Source: Lepidodermella squamata (Eukaryota; Animalia; Gastrotricha). Taken from it: DNA of 64,000 nt. Each line of letters begins with the position of its first letter. Within the stretch, counting starts at the first letter, position 1. Under the pieces are notes generated by a model. It did not search any database and was not told the origin of the DNA. It worked only from the letters and a program-made list of their open reading frames with translations. Shown here one piece after another: positions 45,483 through 57,042 of the stretch. The translations under genes and the position numbers were made by a program. The stretch spans positions 1,318,139-1,382,138 of the forward strand of contig JBLDXI010000034.1 of assembly GCA_047495785.1 (NCBI GenBank). Direction: 5' to 3'.

Positions 45483-47572
45483 TTAGCAATGTTTTCAGGC
45501 CAGAAATGTGTTCAGCCTTAAAAAGATGAATGAAAAAGTTGCACCAATATAAAGTGTTCAAGAAGTAGAGCACGTGCCAATGCGATACACCAGAAAAAAA
45601 ATCACTCACCCTACTAGTCCGATTTTCTATCAGCCATCACCCTTATTAGGGAATCGGGAAATCGGATTTTTTTAGCATTTGAAATCCCGTCAATTAGGGC
45701 ATAGGAGTATCCTATGTCACCTATGTTCACCGTCCTATGTCAGCTTCCTAAGACTTGCATGCTTTCGGTGGAGGATTTACGGTGATATTTATTTTCTGGT
45801 CTACGGTCAAAAAATAGCTATGAAACGAAATAAACAGTGAGCCTGTTGAAACTTGGCATCTGAGTTGGCGAAATACCATGAATACGTATGGCAGAATGTG
45901 GACGACACTTCTTTGATCTTTGCTTATAGAACTGGACATAGAAATGCTTATCCATAGCTCTAGGAAAGTGCTTCGTACGTTAACTAAGATAACGCAAATG
46001 CATCTGCGTTTATTTCTTATGAAACACGATCAGGTATCGCATTGGCTCCCTGTTGCCCGAAGACATAGAAATGAGACTGGTGAAATGTTTAAAGAGACAA
46101 CAAGTGAAGAATATACCCAACAGGCAAAACAAAAATATCTACTGGCTATATAGGTGCCGTTGGACAATTACTTTATTGTCCCTGATTACGGAGAGAACAA
46201 TTTCTTGAAGTAGAGATTATCAAATATGCCACTTGACAATGGGATCAAAAGAATCCGTAGAAATTTGCTCCAACCGGGTAAAATACCATCTCACGTATTG
46301 CATTTTGAATGTATAATCTTCCGTGAATCAATTTTTTCCTTACAGCGCTGTTTCATGCTTCACTGGAGTAGCCTCGAGAAAGGGAAGGGAGTTACGAGAC
46401 AGCGATTGAAATGTAGGCCACCGCTGTATAGGGCGCTGGAAATAACAGTTTTTCAGCAGGTTTTTAAATAAACCGGACTCTCAAGGTCGGAGTAACTTTT
46501 GAGGTCCCATTTGTATACTAATGCTTCTTAATGCATAATTCCTCAAATTATGTCTCACCTGAAGGTGATGGCTGTAAAGAATAGAAGAGAAACCTACTTG
46601 ACAAATTATCAATCAGTATTTTGAAACTTTATTATGATGGTGGATGCTCTGTTTTGCATGGTTTTTGCGCGTTCTGTCATAATCCGGACTTTTTCACCTT
46701 TAAAACGGCCAAAAATGCATATGGTTCGAATTACGAAAATTCCGGATAATGCAATGTTTCTATATGTAAAGTAAGCGATTTCGGCATGAGCCACCTGAAA
46801 TTACGCGAATTTCAGCCTCCACAAGTTCGAACTAAACCTACTGTAGGTGTAAGAGAATGCAACACACCCATCAATGGAGTATAATTTCACGCAATCGGGC
46901 AAGCTCGAACTTTTGACTTTCTACATCTACATCGCGATGCTCAAACCCAAGCCTCACAAGTTTTATAATTTGGCAATACGCAATGAAACCTAATGAATAC
47001 AGCTTGTCTTACTGAATGAAGTAGGGGAACGTTAAAACCTCTGTTTATTTGACAGAGCTATCCGTATAGCTAATTTATGACTGTTTCCTTTAATTAATTA
47101 ATGAGTTATGCATGAGAGTATACGTCATACATCATTGCGTTACAGTTTTTATTCCTAAACCTAGTGGCTGACTCATTCGCTGGAGTTCTGTCCCATCAGA
47201 ACTGCCGCTATGTCCAAGCCATGTGACGTAGATATCGATGTCACATGGTCCAAGCAGGTGTATCTATGCGTTGTCAAGTTTTCGATCGTAACCATGAGCG
47301 GAATATGAATTATTATCACTTCATTCCTAGCTGTTTTTCATGGTTGCAATCGAGCTTATATTTTAACGTACATTACATATTCGTCTTTTCATTCGCTAGT
47401 CGCGAAAAAACAGCGTAATTTTCCAATGTGCAAACAAAGTAATTTGCCTTAAGGCAGGTGAAAAATGTTCCCGGGGAGGAAAAGTATAAAGCTTCATTCG
47501 CATTCATTATCAAGCATTTTCCTTTTGAAGGTTCCAACATTTTCGGTCTTATTCTCAAATCTTTGAGACAAG

Positions 47573-47957
47573 ATGCTACGATACGCTGCATTGGCACTTC
47601 TGGTAAGATGTCTACCTTTAAAGTGAGCATGTTCTATTTCAAAACATTTCTCATAAGGTCGCCAACATTTTCGGCGAAGTTCCATCTGAGCAGAGCCGCC
47701 TGAGCGCTGAAGGCATGCGCGATAACGAGTCAATGAGACCTGTCACTGTGCCACCTCCACCACCGACTATCGCTTGGAAATACAGGACGGGAAATTGCCG
47801 CGAGGTTGAAGTTCCATCCGAGCAGAGCCGCCTGAGCGGTGCAGGCATGCGCGACATCAAACCACCGAGAGCTGCTCCTGTTCGCGGGCCAGCTCCAGCA
47901 CCTGCACCCTCTGGCAAATACAGGAACCCGAGGGGAAATGGCCACAAGGTTGAATAA
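47573..47957 (+). CDS. Secreted two-cassette Pro-rich peptide precursor (exons 47573-47602, 47658-47957)
   Basis: Spliced MLRYAALALL|VANIFG signal peptide, then EVPSEQSR-LSAEGMRDNESMRPVTVPPPPPTIAWKYRTGNC-REVEVPSEQSR-LSGAGMRDIKPPRAAPVRGPAPAPAPSGKYRNPRGNGHKVE*. TATAAA at ~47485. Clear paralog of 54152..55505. Confidence 0.8.
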
Positions 47958-48163
47958 GTTCTACTAAGTTAGAGTTGTCTTAAGATTCGTGGGCGCTGTT
48001 TCTCTATTTTTGGTGCGCAATCGCATATTGTGATTGTTTTCAGTGCGTTTCATAGCGGCGTTTCATGGTTTTTGAGTCGGTCTGTTTGTATGGTTGTTTT
48101 TCACCCGCAAAATGAGTTGCAGGTCTTTGTGAAAAGATGATAAGTAGAATAAACAAAAGCCTA

Positions 48164-51100
48164 CACTTGAAAAAAATAACCCCTGATCAGGGGGCTGATC
48201 AGGGGTCATAGCTCCTAGTCATTACTATAGCTGATCAGGGGGTAATATGCACCCTGATCAGGGGTTATATTGAAATGAACCCTAATCAGCTCACCCTGAT
48301 GAGGGGTCATTTTGGTTCCAATATTTGCTCATAATAATCACATTTAGCGCCCCTGATCAGCTGCTGATCAGCAAATTTAGTAAAATTTCAAAATTTTTAG
48401 AAAAATGGCAGCCCTTTTTCTGTTTTATTTTTATATTATACTGTTTTGAATAGCCGGTTGATCAAAATCCGCCCAACCTGTGCCATCCAGGTAGTGCCGG
48501 CTCGGTAGAATGGTATGCCACCGGGCACGGCAACTACCTAAACATGGCAGGGACTCATGATGGCACTTGGTAGAGTCACTTAGAAAAAGAAGGATTTATT
48601 GCTAAGTAAACAGCTGAAGTAATAGAGTTCGCGTGTGAAACAATACTATTTTTTGAAAATATGGACCTTCCGACGCAAGCCTGAATTGAACATGCAGCCT
48701 AATTTGCATATGCACGCTTGGCTAATTAGCGAATGCACACTTTTGACCCCTGATCAGCAAAAGCCGCTTTTACACTACACTATTCGAATGGTAAATGATG
48801 GTAAATGATGGTAATTACTCCATTGTTAAATAACAGTGATTAGCTCAATTTTATGCGTTTTTAACGTTTTAAATCGCTGTTATGAGAAAGCTAAAAATAT
48901 TTTAAAAAGTGTGTGACTGATTTCAAAAGGCATTCCCGATTTCCCGTAAAAATGGATGTAATACCTAGGCTTTAAATTCAGCACCCAAACAAAAATTCCT
49001 GCCTTTGCATAATTGAATATTTCAAATAAATTCCGCTAAGCTTTTTTGTAAAAATTATGTTGGCAAATTTCTTGCTTCATCACCGTGAACGCGAGGCTTT
49101 TCGCGTCAGAAAACTGCCTGCATTACAACTTTTCAATATTTTTCAAGGTGTTGGGCATGGCCATCGCATTACAAACAAGACGTGATAATTAAAATTTAAA
49201 AGACAAATTTAACCTGGAAACTGGGCCTCGGTGTTGTTTTTAGGCCTGTTTTTCCTTCAATAATTCGAAGTTTGAAATTATTTCTTGATGCGCCAAGAGG
49301 ATCGGCAAACCCCGGGCGATTTTTAAGCTATCAATTAATAACCATGTTATCTTTTTGCGGAACCAAAATTGGCTGGTGCGGACCCATATTTCAAGACTTG
49401 GAAATTTTTATGATGATTTATTTTGATTTTTTGATTTTTTGAAATTAATCTGGAAATTTCAGAAAATTCGGAAAATGCATTTTAGGCGAATTTTAATCAC
49501 TCAAAAATAGTTTCCGCTTCCGGCCAAATTTAATTCCGCATTTTTGGTTCCGCTAAACGTAAGAACCATTAATAATTTTACAGCAATTTTGTGTGGGAAA
49601 AGGTGTCAAGAAATACCTTGAAAAATAATTAAAAATTACCCAAAATTGGAATCTCGACAATTTCCCAACGCGGAGAAGCCGCGAGCTCAAAGTGATGAAG
49701 CAAGGAAATTTTGTCCAACAAATTTGCAGAAACGCTTCGCGAAATTTACACGATAATTTTGTCTTTAAATTCGGCCAGGTACTGAATAAAGCTCAGGCAT
49801 CCTATCGGTTTGACAGAAAATTAATCAGGTTGTCAATGAGTCGCAAAAATACCCACGTAAACTGGTTTTAATTATTTTTAGTTTTCTCAAAAGCACGATA
49901 AAACTGTGAAAATAAGCAAAAACAAGCTAATCCTTGTTATTCAACAATTGAGTAATTACCATCGTTTACCATCATTTACCATTCGCTTAGTAGTAGCCGC
50001 TTTTACACTACTACTAAGCGAATGGTAAATGATGGTAAACGATGGTAATTACTCAATTGTTGAATAACAAGGATCAGCTTGTTTTTGCTTATTTTCACAG
50101 TTTTATCGTGCTTTTGAGAAAACTAAAAATAATTAAAACCAGTTTACGTGGGTATTTTTGCGACTCATTTACAACCTGATTAATTTTCTGTCAAACCGGA
50201 TAGGATGCCTGAGCTTTATTCAGTACCTGGCCGAATTTAAAGAAAAAATTATCGTGTAAATTTCGCGAATTTTCCGCGATTCCGCGAAGCGTTTCTGTAA
50301 ATTTGTTGGACCAAATTTCCTTGCTTCATCACTTTGAGCTCGCGGCTTCTCCGCGTTGGGAAATTGTCGAGATTCCAATTTTGGGTAATTTTTAATTATT
50401 TTTCAAGGTATTTCTTGACACCTTTTCCACACAAAATTGCTGTAAAATTATTAATGGTTCTTACTTTTAGCGGAACCAAAAATGCGGAATTAAATTTGGC
50501 CGGAAGCGGAAACTATTTTTGAGTGATTAATTCGCCTAAAATGCATTTTTCGAATTTTCTGAAATTTCCAGATTAATTTCAAAAACTCAAAAAATCAAAA
50601 TAAATCATCATAAAAATTTCCAAGTCTTGAAATATGGGTCCGCAACAGCCAATTTTGGTTCCGCAAAAAGATAATATGGTTATTAATTGATAGCTTAAAA
50701 ATCGCCCGGGGTTTGCCGATCCTCTTGGCGCATCAAGAAATAATTTCAAACTTCGAATTATTGAAGGAAAAATAGGCCTAAAAACAACACCGAGGCCCAG
50801 TTTCCAGGTTAAATTTGTCTTTTAAATTTTAATTATCACGTCTTGTTTGTAATGCGATGGCCATGCCTTAACTGAAAACGTTAACTGAATATGTTTCAAA
50901 TTAATCGCGAATTTTGAAAATTAATTAAAAAACGTTTCCGCGACATCGTTTCAACTAAAAGTAAGGCCCTCTTGAGAATTTACGGCGAATAGTCAATCAC
51001 CTTGAAAAATATTGTAAAGTTGTTATGCAGGCAATTTTCTTACGCGAAAAGCCTCGCGTTCACGGTGATGAAGCAAGGAATATGCCAACATAATTTTTAC

Positions 51101-51547
51101 AAAAAAGCTTAGCGGAATTTATTCAAGTATTCAATTATGCAAAGGCAGGAATTTTTGTTTGGGTGCTGAATTTAAAGCCTAGGTATTACATCCATTTTTA
51201 CGGGAAATCGGGAATGCTGTAATGCCTTTTGAAATCAGTCACACAATTTTAAAATATTTTAGCTCTCTCATAACAGCGATTTAAAACGTTAAAAACGCAT
51301 AAAATTGGCTAATCACTGTTATTTAACAATGGAGCAATTACCATCATTTACCATCATTTACCATTCGAATAGTGTAGTGTAAAAGCGGCTAGTAATGTAA
51401 AAGCGGCTAAAGTCATGCTGATCAGCATGAAATGACGTGGATTATCAGCTGGCGACTGTTGATTATCAGGGGTTGTCCCTTTTTCGTCCTGGTCAGCAAA
51501 ATGGTTTAAACAGCTGACCCCTGATCAGGGGTTAATTTTTTCTAGTG
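48164..51547. mobile_element. Non-autonomous CACTA/EnSpm (CMC)-like DNA transposon with TA target-site duplication and CCCCTGATCAGGGG subterminal repeats
   Basis: Left end CACTTGAAAAAAATAACCCCTGATCAGGGG; right end reverse-complements to CACTAGAAAAAATTAACCCCTGATCAGGGG. TA flanks both sides (48162-3, 51548-9). The joined flanks AAAGCC-TA-CAAGACG match the uninterrupted paralogous sequence at ~45086-45100. Confidence 0.85.
48762..51390. mobile_element. Two inverted copies (48762-49994 and 49995-51390) of a ~1.3-kb PIF/Harbinger-like non-autonomous element nested in the CACTA element, forming a ~2.6-kb fold-back
   Basis: Termini AGCCGCTTTTACACTA / TAGTGTAAAAGCGGCT with ATGGTAAATG subterminal repeats. 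The copies are reverse complements except for small differences and a ~130-bp segment present only in the second (~50869-50998). Superfamily inferred from TIR shape only. Confidence 0.7.
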
Positions 51548-51645
51548 TACAAGACGCTTGCTGATGATTGAACAAAGTTGTCCCAATCTAGGTCGAAAAT
51601 CGGCGTCTTATTGATGGTTCGATTTTCACCCGCGATACCATCGCA
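51548..51645 (-). pseudogene. Duplicated fragment of exon 2 of the sulfotransferase at 44130..45482, interrupted by the CACTA insertion
   Basis: Nearly identical to ~45092-45190; encodes CDGIAGENRTINKTPIFDLDWDNFVQSSASVL versus CDVIASENRTFDKTPIFDLDWDNFGQSSTSVL. Homology continues left of the element at ~48126-48163. Confidence 0.75.
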
Positions 51646-52008
51646 TCAACTCTCAATCAATTGGCGAAGGGCGATTTTTGACATCCATAGCTGATATTCG
51701 CACACAATTCAAATATGTACTCGATCCACTCATCAAAGCTAAATTTTCTTACAAATTTTCCGCTGGCTAATTTCCTGCTTGTTGAGAAGGAGAGATAATA
51801 TATGAGAATTTAAACAGCCACCCGTTTCGGCGCGCTCATTTCTTTCCCCAGGGTTTTTGCGTGATACTTTCATTCTTTTGTTTGTCATTCCGCCAGGTGC
51901 GTTGCACGTTAACTGAAGAATGAGGAAAGATAGAAGGACGAAATTCATTTCTGTCAAATTTCGCTCTACTGCTACTTATAGTTGAAAATAAAAAGGTCCT
52001 GTTAGAAG

Positions 52009-52233
52009 ATGAACAACTTCGTCGTTGCCTTGTCTCTTCTTCTGGTATAAGTTCATTCTTGCTATTGTATCGATGTTATACCTATAATTTTGAAACGCAC
52101 ATTCCAATAGGTTTTATGCTATGCAAGCGTCGCTCTATGCAATCCGACTACTCAAGATCCAAATTGGGCTTGGGCGATCTTCCAGGGTTTGTGTCGGCGA
52201 GAGGCAGTCGCTCAAAACGCAGAAAGCAACTAG
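52009..52233 (+). CDS. Putative 52-aa secreted peptide precursor (exons 52009-52044, 52111-52233)
   Basis: Spliced MNNFVVALSLLL|VLCYASVALC-NPTTQDPNWAWAIFQGLC-RR-EAVAQNAESN*; phase-0 GT-AG intron inside the signal peptide after CTTCTG, as in the neighbouring precursors. Confidence 0.55.
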
Positions 52234-54151
52234 TACCAACTGGTGCAGTCGGGTTTACGGCACGAAGCTCATCTCCCGAAACAAGTAATTGGCCTAAAGG
52301 ATATTTCTTGTAAAATCGCATGGAATATCGAATGTCATCATTCTTGTGAATTTCCCACTTATAGTATTGCTTTTGCTTGCAATAATTTCTTCCTATTTGC
52401 AGTTTTAACGTTTGTAGTTAACACTGAATTTAGCTAAATTAAATTTGTGAAGGCGTGAGCAAAAATATACCTATGAATTGAGAGCTTGGCGTGTCATAAT
52501 TAATAAACTTTATCAGCGTGCAGAAATTGGTCGAAAAATACATATTACAGCCTTTTTCTTCTCGATCCCACGTGTTACATTTCGAATGTGATCTTCGCAG
52601 TGAGTCAATTTTTTCCTTACTTTTCATGCTTCAATGAGTTCAGAGAAGTTTCGACAAAGAGAAGCGAGTATGAAATCTAAGCCACCGCTCATAGGGAGCC
52701 GGATATATAACGGTTTAACTTATTTTTAGCAGTAACTAGCCTAGTTTTCATGATTAATCTGCTTACAATCGCGGGGTAAAGTGCAATCCATCCCTCTTCC
52801 TTTCTCCTGAGCATTTTCTTCCTCCAGAGTCTCCGCACAAGCATATTTGACTGAGACGGACAAGCGAAAACTCACTTATCCTGTTCCTGCTATGTGCCCT
52901 GTCCTGCAATTGTGCATTGTTTCCTTACCATTTCCAACTATTTTTCTCATCAATATTCCAAGCCTCTCCGTCTAATTAATCTAAATGGGTTATCCGGGTT
53001 ATCATAGCGGGAAATATGCCATTAAACAGCCCGAAATAAGTACTGCTATCCTGAGCTGTTTCTGAAAGAAAATTAACAAGGCTGAGGGATTTGTCGCAAA
53101 TTATAAGAGATATCCACAAGCGGGGGCAAGCCATTTGATCAGGTTAGAGGCAGCGAAAGATTTACCGCGGCCGAGAATTATCGCCGATTGCTTAGAAACT
53201 TGAGCGAGCCTCAACTTGCCAAAGGAGGATGGTGCAACAAACAAGTCGGGCCGAACAAGTCGTTGCCATATCGCTGGTTGACTGACAATTCTTCTTGAAG
53301 CTACGTAGCAGCTTGACACCCAAGATTGAGCGGCTCGATGCAGATTCGCCGTTCGAGAGATAGACTTGGCATTTTTCACCTCGAGATAAATGCGCTCAAT
53401 GTCGATGCGGATGAGCGTGAAGTTTTAAATCGCAGAAAAAAGTGATGGATGATTTTCAGCAGTTGAAAATCATTCGCTGTTGCAAATTTGATGCAAAGTT
53501 TCAAGTTGGATTTTAATTTTCAATATTATTGCTTAATCCGTCTGAACGGTAACTTTACTGTTAAGAAATTGATGATAGTGGCCCGGATAACACAACTATA
53601 TCTGGAAGCTTTTATACGAATGGCTAAAATATTCGCCTTCATCAGGTCGCTATTCCGCGCCTTGGGTCTGAAAAGCTGGTCTTGAGGCTAATATATAAAA
53701 CAAAGCTCACAGAAGATGTTTTATATTATTCATAACCTCTCCCTTTCAATGTTTACTTTTTATTTCCGTTTTTATTATAATACTGCACTTGCGTTACAGT
53801 TTTTCTTAATAACTGAATCATTCGCTAGAACTCTGAAACGCTGAGTGGGGTAACATGGCGTAATTTTCACGTACATTGGCATGCGTGCATGTGGGTGTTC
53901 AAATTTTTCACGCACATTCTTTCCCGTTATGCCAACATATAATGATGGTAGATCAGTCCGTGCACAAAACACCGGAATGATGGCCCGAACAAGGGTGCAA
54001 ATTAATGTAAACTCCCAAACATCATGGCGCTCGGCAGGTGGAAAATTCACCCGAGAAGGAGGGAACGAGCCTAACTCTCTTTCATTATCAAGAATTTAGC
54101 TTTGAAAAACGCTAAACTTTTTCGGACCGAATTTCAAATTCTAGTGATAAA

Positions 54152-55505
54152 ATGCTCCACTACGCTGCTGTGGTACTTCTGGTAAGTTCTTTGCGCCGTA
54201 TAAAAGCTCGCTGTATAAAATTTTCAAAACTTTACCCGGAAGGTCGCCACGGTTTTCGCTGAAGTTCCATCCGAGCAGAGCCGCTTGACCCGTCAGGGCA
54301 TGGCGGACATCAAGACACCGAGAGCTGCTCCTGTGTACGCCCCAGCTCCACCACCGGCGCCTGCCGGCAAGGGTCGTCCTCTCAAGCCCCGTGAGGTTGA
54401 AGTTCCATCCGAGCAGAGCCGCTTGACCCGTCAGGGCATGGCGGACATCAAGACACCGAGAGCTGCTCCTGTGTACGCCCCAGCTCCACCACCGGCGCCT
54501 GCCGGCAAGGGTCGTCCTCTCAAGCCCCGTGAGGTTGAAGTTCCATCCGAGCAGAGCCGCTTGACCCGTCAGGGCATGGCGGACATCAAGACACCGAGAG
54601 CTGCTCCTGTGTACGCCCCAGCTCCACCACCGGCGCCTGCTGGCAAGGGTCGTCCTCTCAAGCCCCGTGAGGTTGAAGTTCCATCCGAGCAGAGCCGCTT
54701 GACCCGTCAGGGCATGGCGGACATCAAGACACCGAGAGCTGCTCCTGTGTACGCCCCAGCTCCACCACCGGCGCCTGCCGGCAAGGGTCGTCCTCTCAAG
54801 CCCCGTGAGGTTGAAGTTCCATCCGAGCAGAGCCGCTTGACCCGTCAGGGCATGGCGGACATCAAGACACCGAGAGCTGCTCCTGTGTACGCCCCAGCTC
54901 CACCACCGGCGCCTGCTGGCAAGCGTCGTCCTGTCAAGCCCCGTGAGGTTGAAGTTCCATCCGAGCAGAGCCGCTTGACCCGTCAGGGCATGGCGGACAT
55001 CAAGACACCGAGAGCTGCTCCTGTGTACGCCCCAGCTCCACCACCGGCGCCTGCTGGCAAGGGTCGTCCTCTCAAGCCCCGTGAGGTTGAAGTTCCATCC
55101 GAGCAGAGCCGCTTGACCCGTCAGGGCATGGCGGACATCAAGACACCGAGAGCTGCTCCTGTGTACGCCCCAGCTCCACCACCGGCGCCTGCCGGCAAGG
55201 GTCGTCCTCTCAAGCCCCGTGAGGTTGAAGTTCCATCCGAGCAGAGCCGCTTGACCCGTCAGGGCATGGCGGACATCAAGACACCGAGAGCTGCTCCTGT
55301 GTACGCCCCAGCTCCACCACCGGCGCCTGCTGGCAAGCGTCGTCCTGTCAAGCCCCGTGAGGTTGAAGTTCCATCCGAGCAGAGCCGCTTGACCCGTCAG
55401 GGCATGGCGGACATCAAGACACCGAGAGCTGCTCCTGTGTACGCCCCAGCTCCACCACCGGCGCCTGCTGGCAAGGGTCGTCCTGGCAGACCGCGTGAGG
55501 TTTAG
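54152..55505 (+). CDS. Secreted nine-cassette Pro-rich cationic peptide polyprotein, 430 aa (exons 54152-54181, 54243-55505)
   Basis: Spliced signal MLHYAAVVLL|VATVFA followed by exactly 9 x 46-aa units EVPSEQSRLTRQGMADIKTPRAAPVYAPAPPPAPAGK(G/R)RP(L/V)KPREV (the last ends GRPGRPREV); GTAAGT donor at 54182. Confidence 0.85.
54261..55502 (+). repeat. Coding tandem repeat, 9 x 138 bp, nearly identical units
   Basis: GAAGTTCCATCCGAGCAGAGCCGCTTGACCCGTCAGGGC... recurs every 138 nt. The only variants are GCC/GCT, GGT/CGT, CTC/GTC and the end of the last unit. Confidence 0.97.
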
Positions 55506-57042
55506 TCAGCGGCATCGGCATAAAATATCGTTCGCCACGCTATACCGTGGGAATTTCGCTGCTTTGTCACCGCGCCTTAATTTCTTTAAAGGTGAAAGAT
55601 GTCGATTTGCTTGGTTCTAGGTTTGGTTACGGGGGTATGCAATATTATTCGTGTGGGTGAATGTGTGATTTCAACTACTGCTCGGCTTGGGGACTTATCG
55701 CTTGAAGTGTCGGCAATAAATTATACTGTGCAATTGATGTCACTACGCTTACACAACGGGTGTTATAAGACTGAAAAATCGATTAAAAACTTGAATTATA
55801 GGCAGAATAACCACCCCCTAAATGACCACCTCGTCAGGCGGATACGTAAAAAGGGAATTGGTTGGTTCCATTGAGTCCCGTTCTCTATGGCGGTGTTCAT
55901 AATGCTCACGTGAAAAGACTGAAGTGTTGGCAGTTTTTATTCAGCCTATTTCTCTTTCAGCCTTTTTTAACACATCTGTGCAATGCCCAGCGTTGTTCAC
56001 AGCTGCGCAATCACAGAGTCCACCTCGCAGGAGTCGACGGTCTAGGGCTCGGCGAGAGGCCATTGCTATGGAGGCCCCTTGAGGAGTCGAATCGAAGCAA
56101 AACATGTGGTCATTGTATTATATAGCTCAGGATGCGGGCGATAGCACAGTTCCGTGTCGAGAATTATTAAATTAAACTATTCAGCCAACTTCTATACATC
56201 ACAACACTAAGTGAGAACGTGCCGTATATAAAGGGCCCTTATTTGAGCCGAATTTGACAGAGGGAAATGTTGATAGTTAATTCATCAGAGCGTAGTCACC
56301 CCAACTGTGTTAAGCAAGAACAAAAACGATGAGGACCTTTTCTGTCTGGTACGTCTCATATTATGGCACACAGATCTACCCTTGAAGGACTGAGGGAAGG
56401 ATCTATGCAGACAGCTTGCTTCAAATATAATTTTGTGGCTTCAGGTTTCACTGATAATAATTTTTGAACTCTATGATATGGCTTCGCCTTTCATAAACGA
56501 GGCTTCACTGAGGCCTATTTCTCGTTCGCAGGTTAGAGCGCTCACCAAGCGTGACAACTCCCAGTTCAGCCGACATACGAAAGTATGACAGGCCTCCTTC
56601 TACTGGCGGGAATGCATCGATTTCAGCAAATCAACTCACTGATTAACTTTCTGGTTAATGGTTGATGAAAGATCATGTTTTGTCCATAATAACAACGTAA
56701 CAAGTACTTTTGCATTATCTAGCATGCCCTAGCTCAATATTTTTTACCACGGCGTGAGCTTGATATATAGCTTGATAGGCGATTGCCTTTGCCTTTTTTC
56801 GTGTCTCCCACCGAACTTTCGAGATAAAGCAACAACGCGCTCATTATGGACCCAACCAGGCAGCAAAAACAACACGATAATAGCTCGAATTAGATAGCAC
56901 TTAGCCCTAATAATAAAAAAACAGCCATGCGTGAGAAAACTCTGGGACCCGATGGCGACTCCCATAACCAGGAGAGACCCTATAAAAGGCGGGTTCACCT
57001 AGTTAATTCCATTCGTTATTCAAGTTCGTTCTATCCACCGAA

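Noticed and set aside
45700-47400. Short ORFs between the sulfotransferase and the peptide gene
   Set aside because: No motifs, signal peptides or convincing splice sites; treated as intergenic.
50334-50522. Short ORFs inside the fold-back elements (also 62249..62437 and 62900..63124)
   Set aside because: No transposase or other motifs; AT-rich non-coding element interior.
51739-51957. ORF with hydrophobic start as first exon of a third sulfotransferase
   Set aside because: No similarity to the first exons of the two intact genes; homology is limited to ~150 bp around the transposon insertion.
52439-54099. Several 60-100-aa ORFs upstream of the polyprotein gene and their mirror copies
   Set aside because: No recognisable motifs or codon bias. 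Their duplication only reflects the palindrome, and one differs by a frameshift between arms.
54261-55502. Regular repeat array as a CRISPR array
   Set aside because: Units are 138-bp in-frame coding repeats with no unique spacers, there are no cas genes, and the context is eukaryotic.
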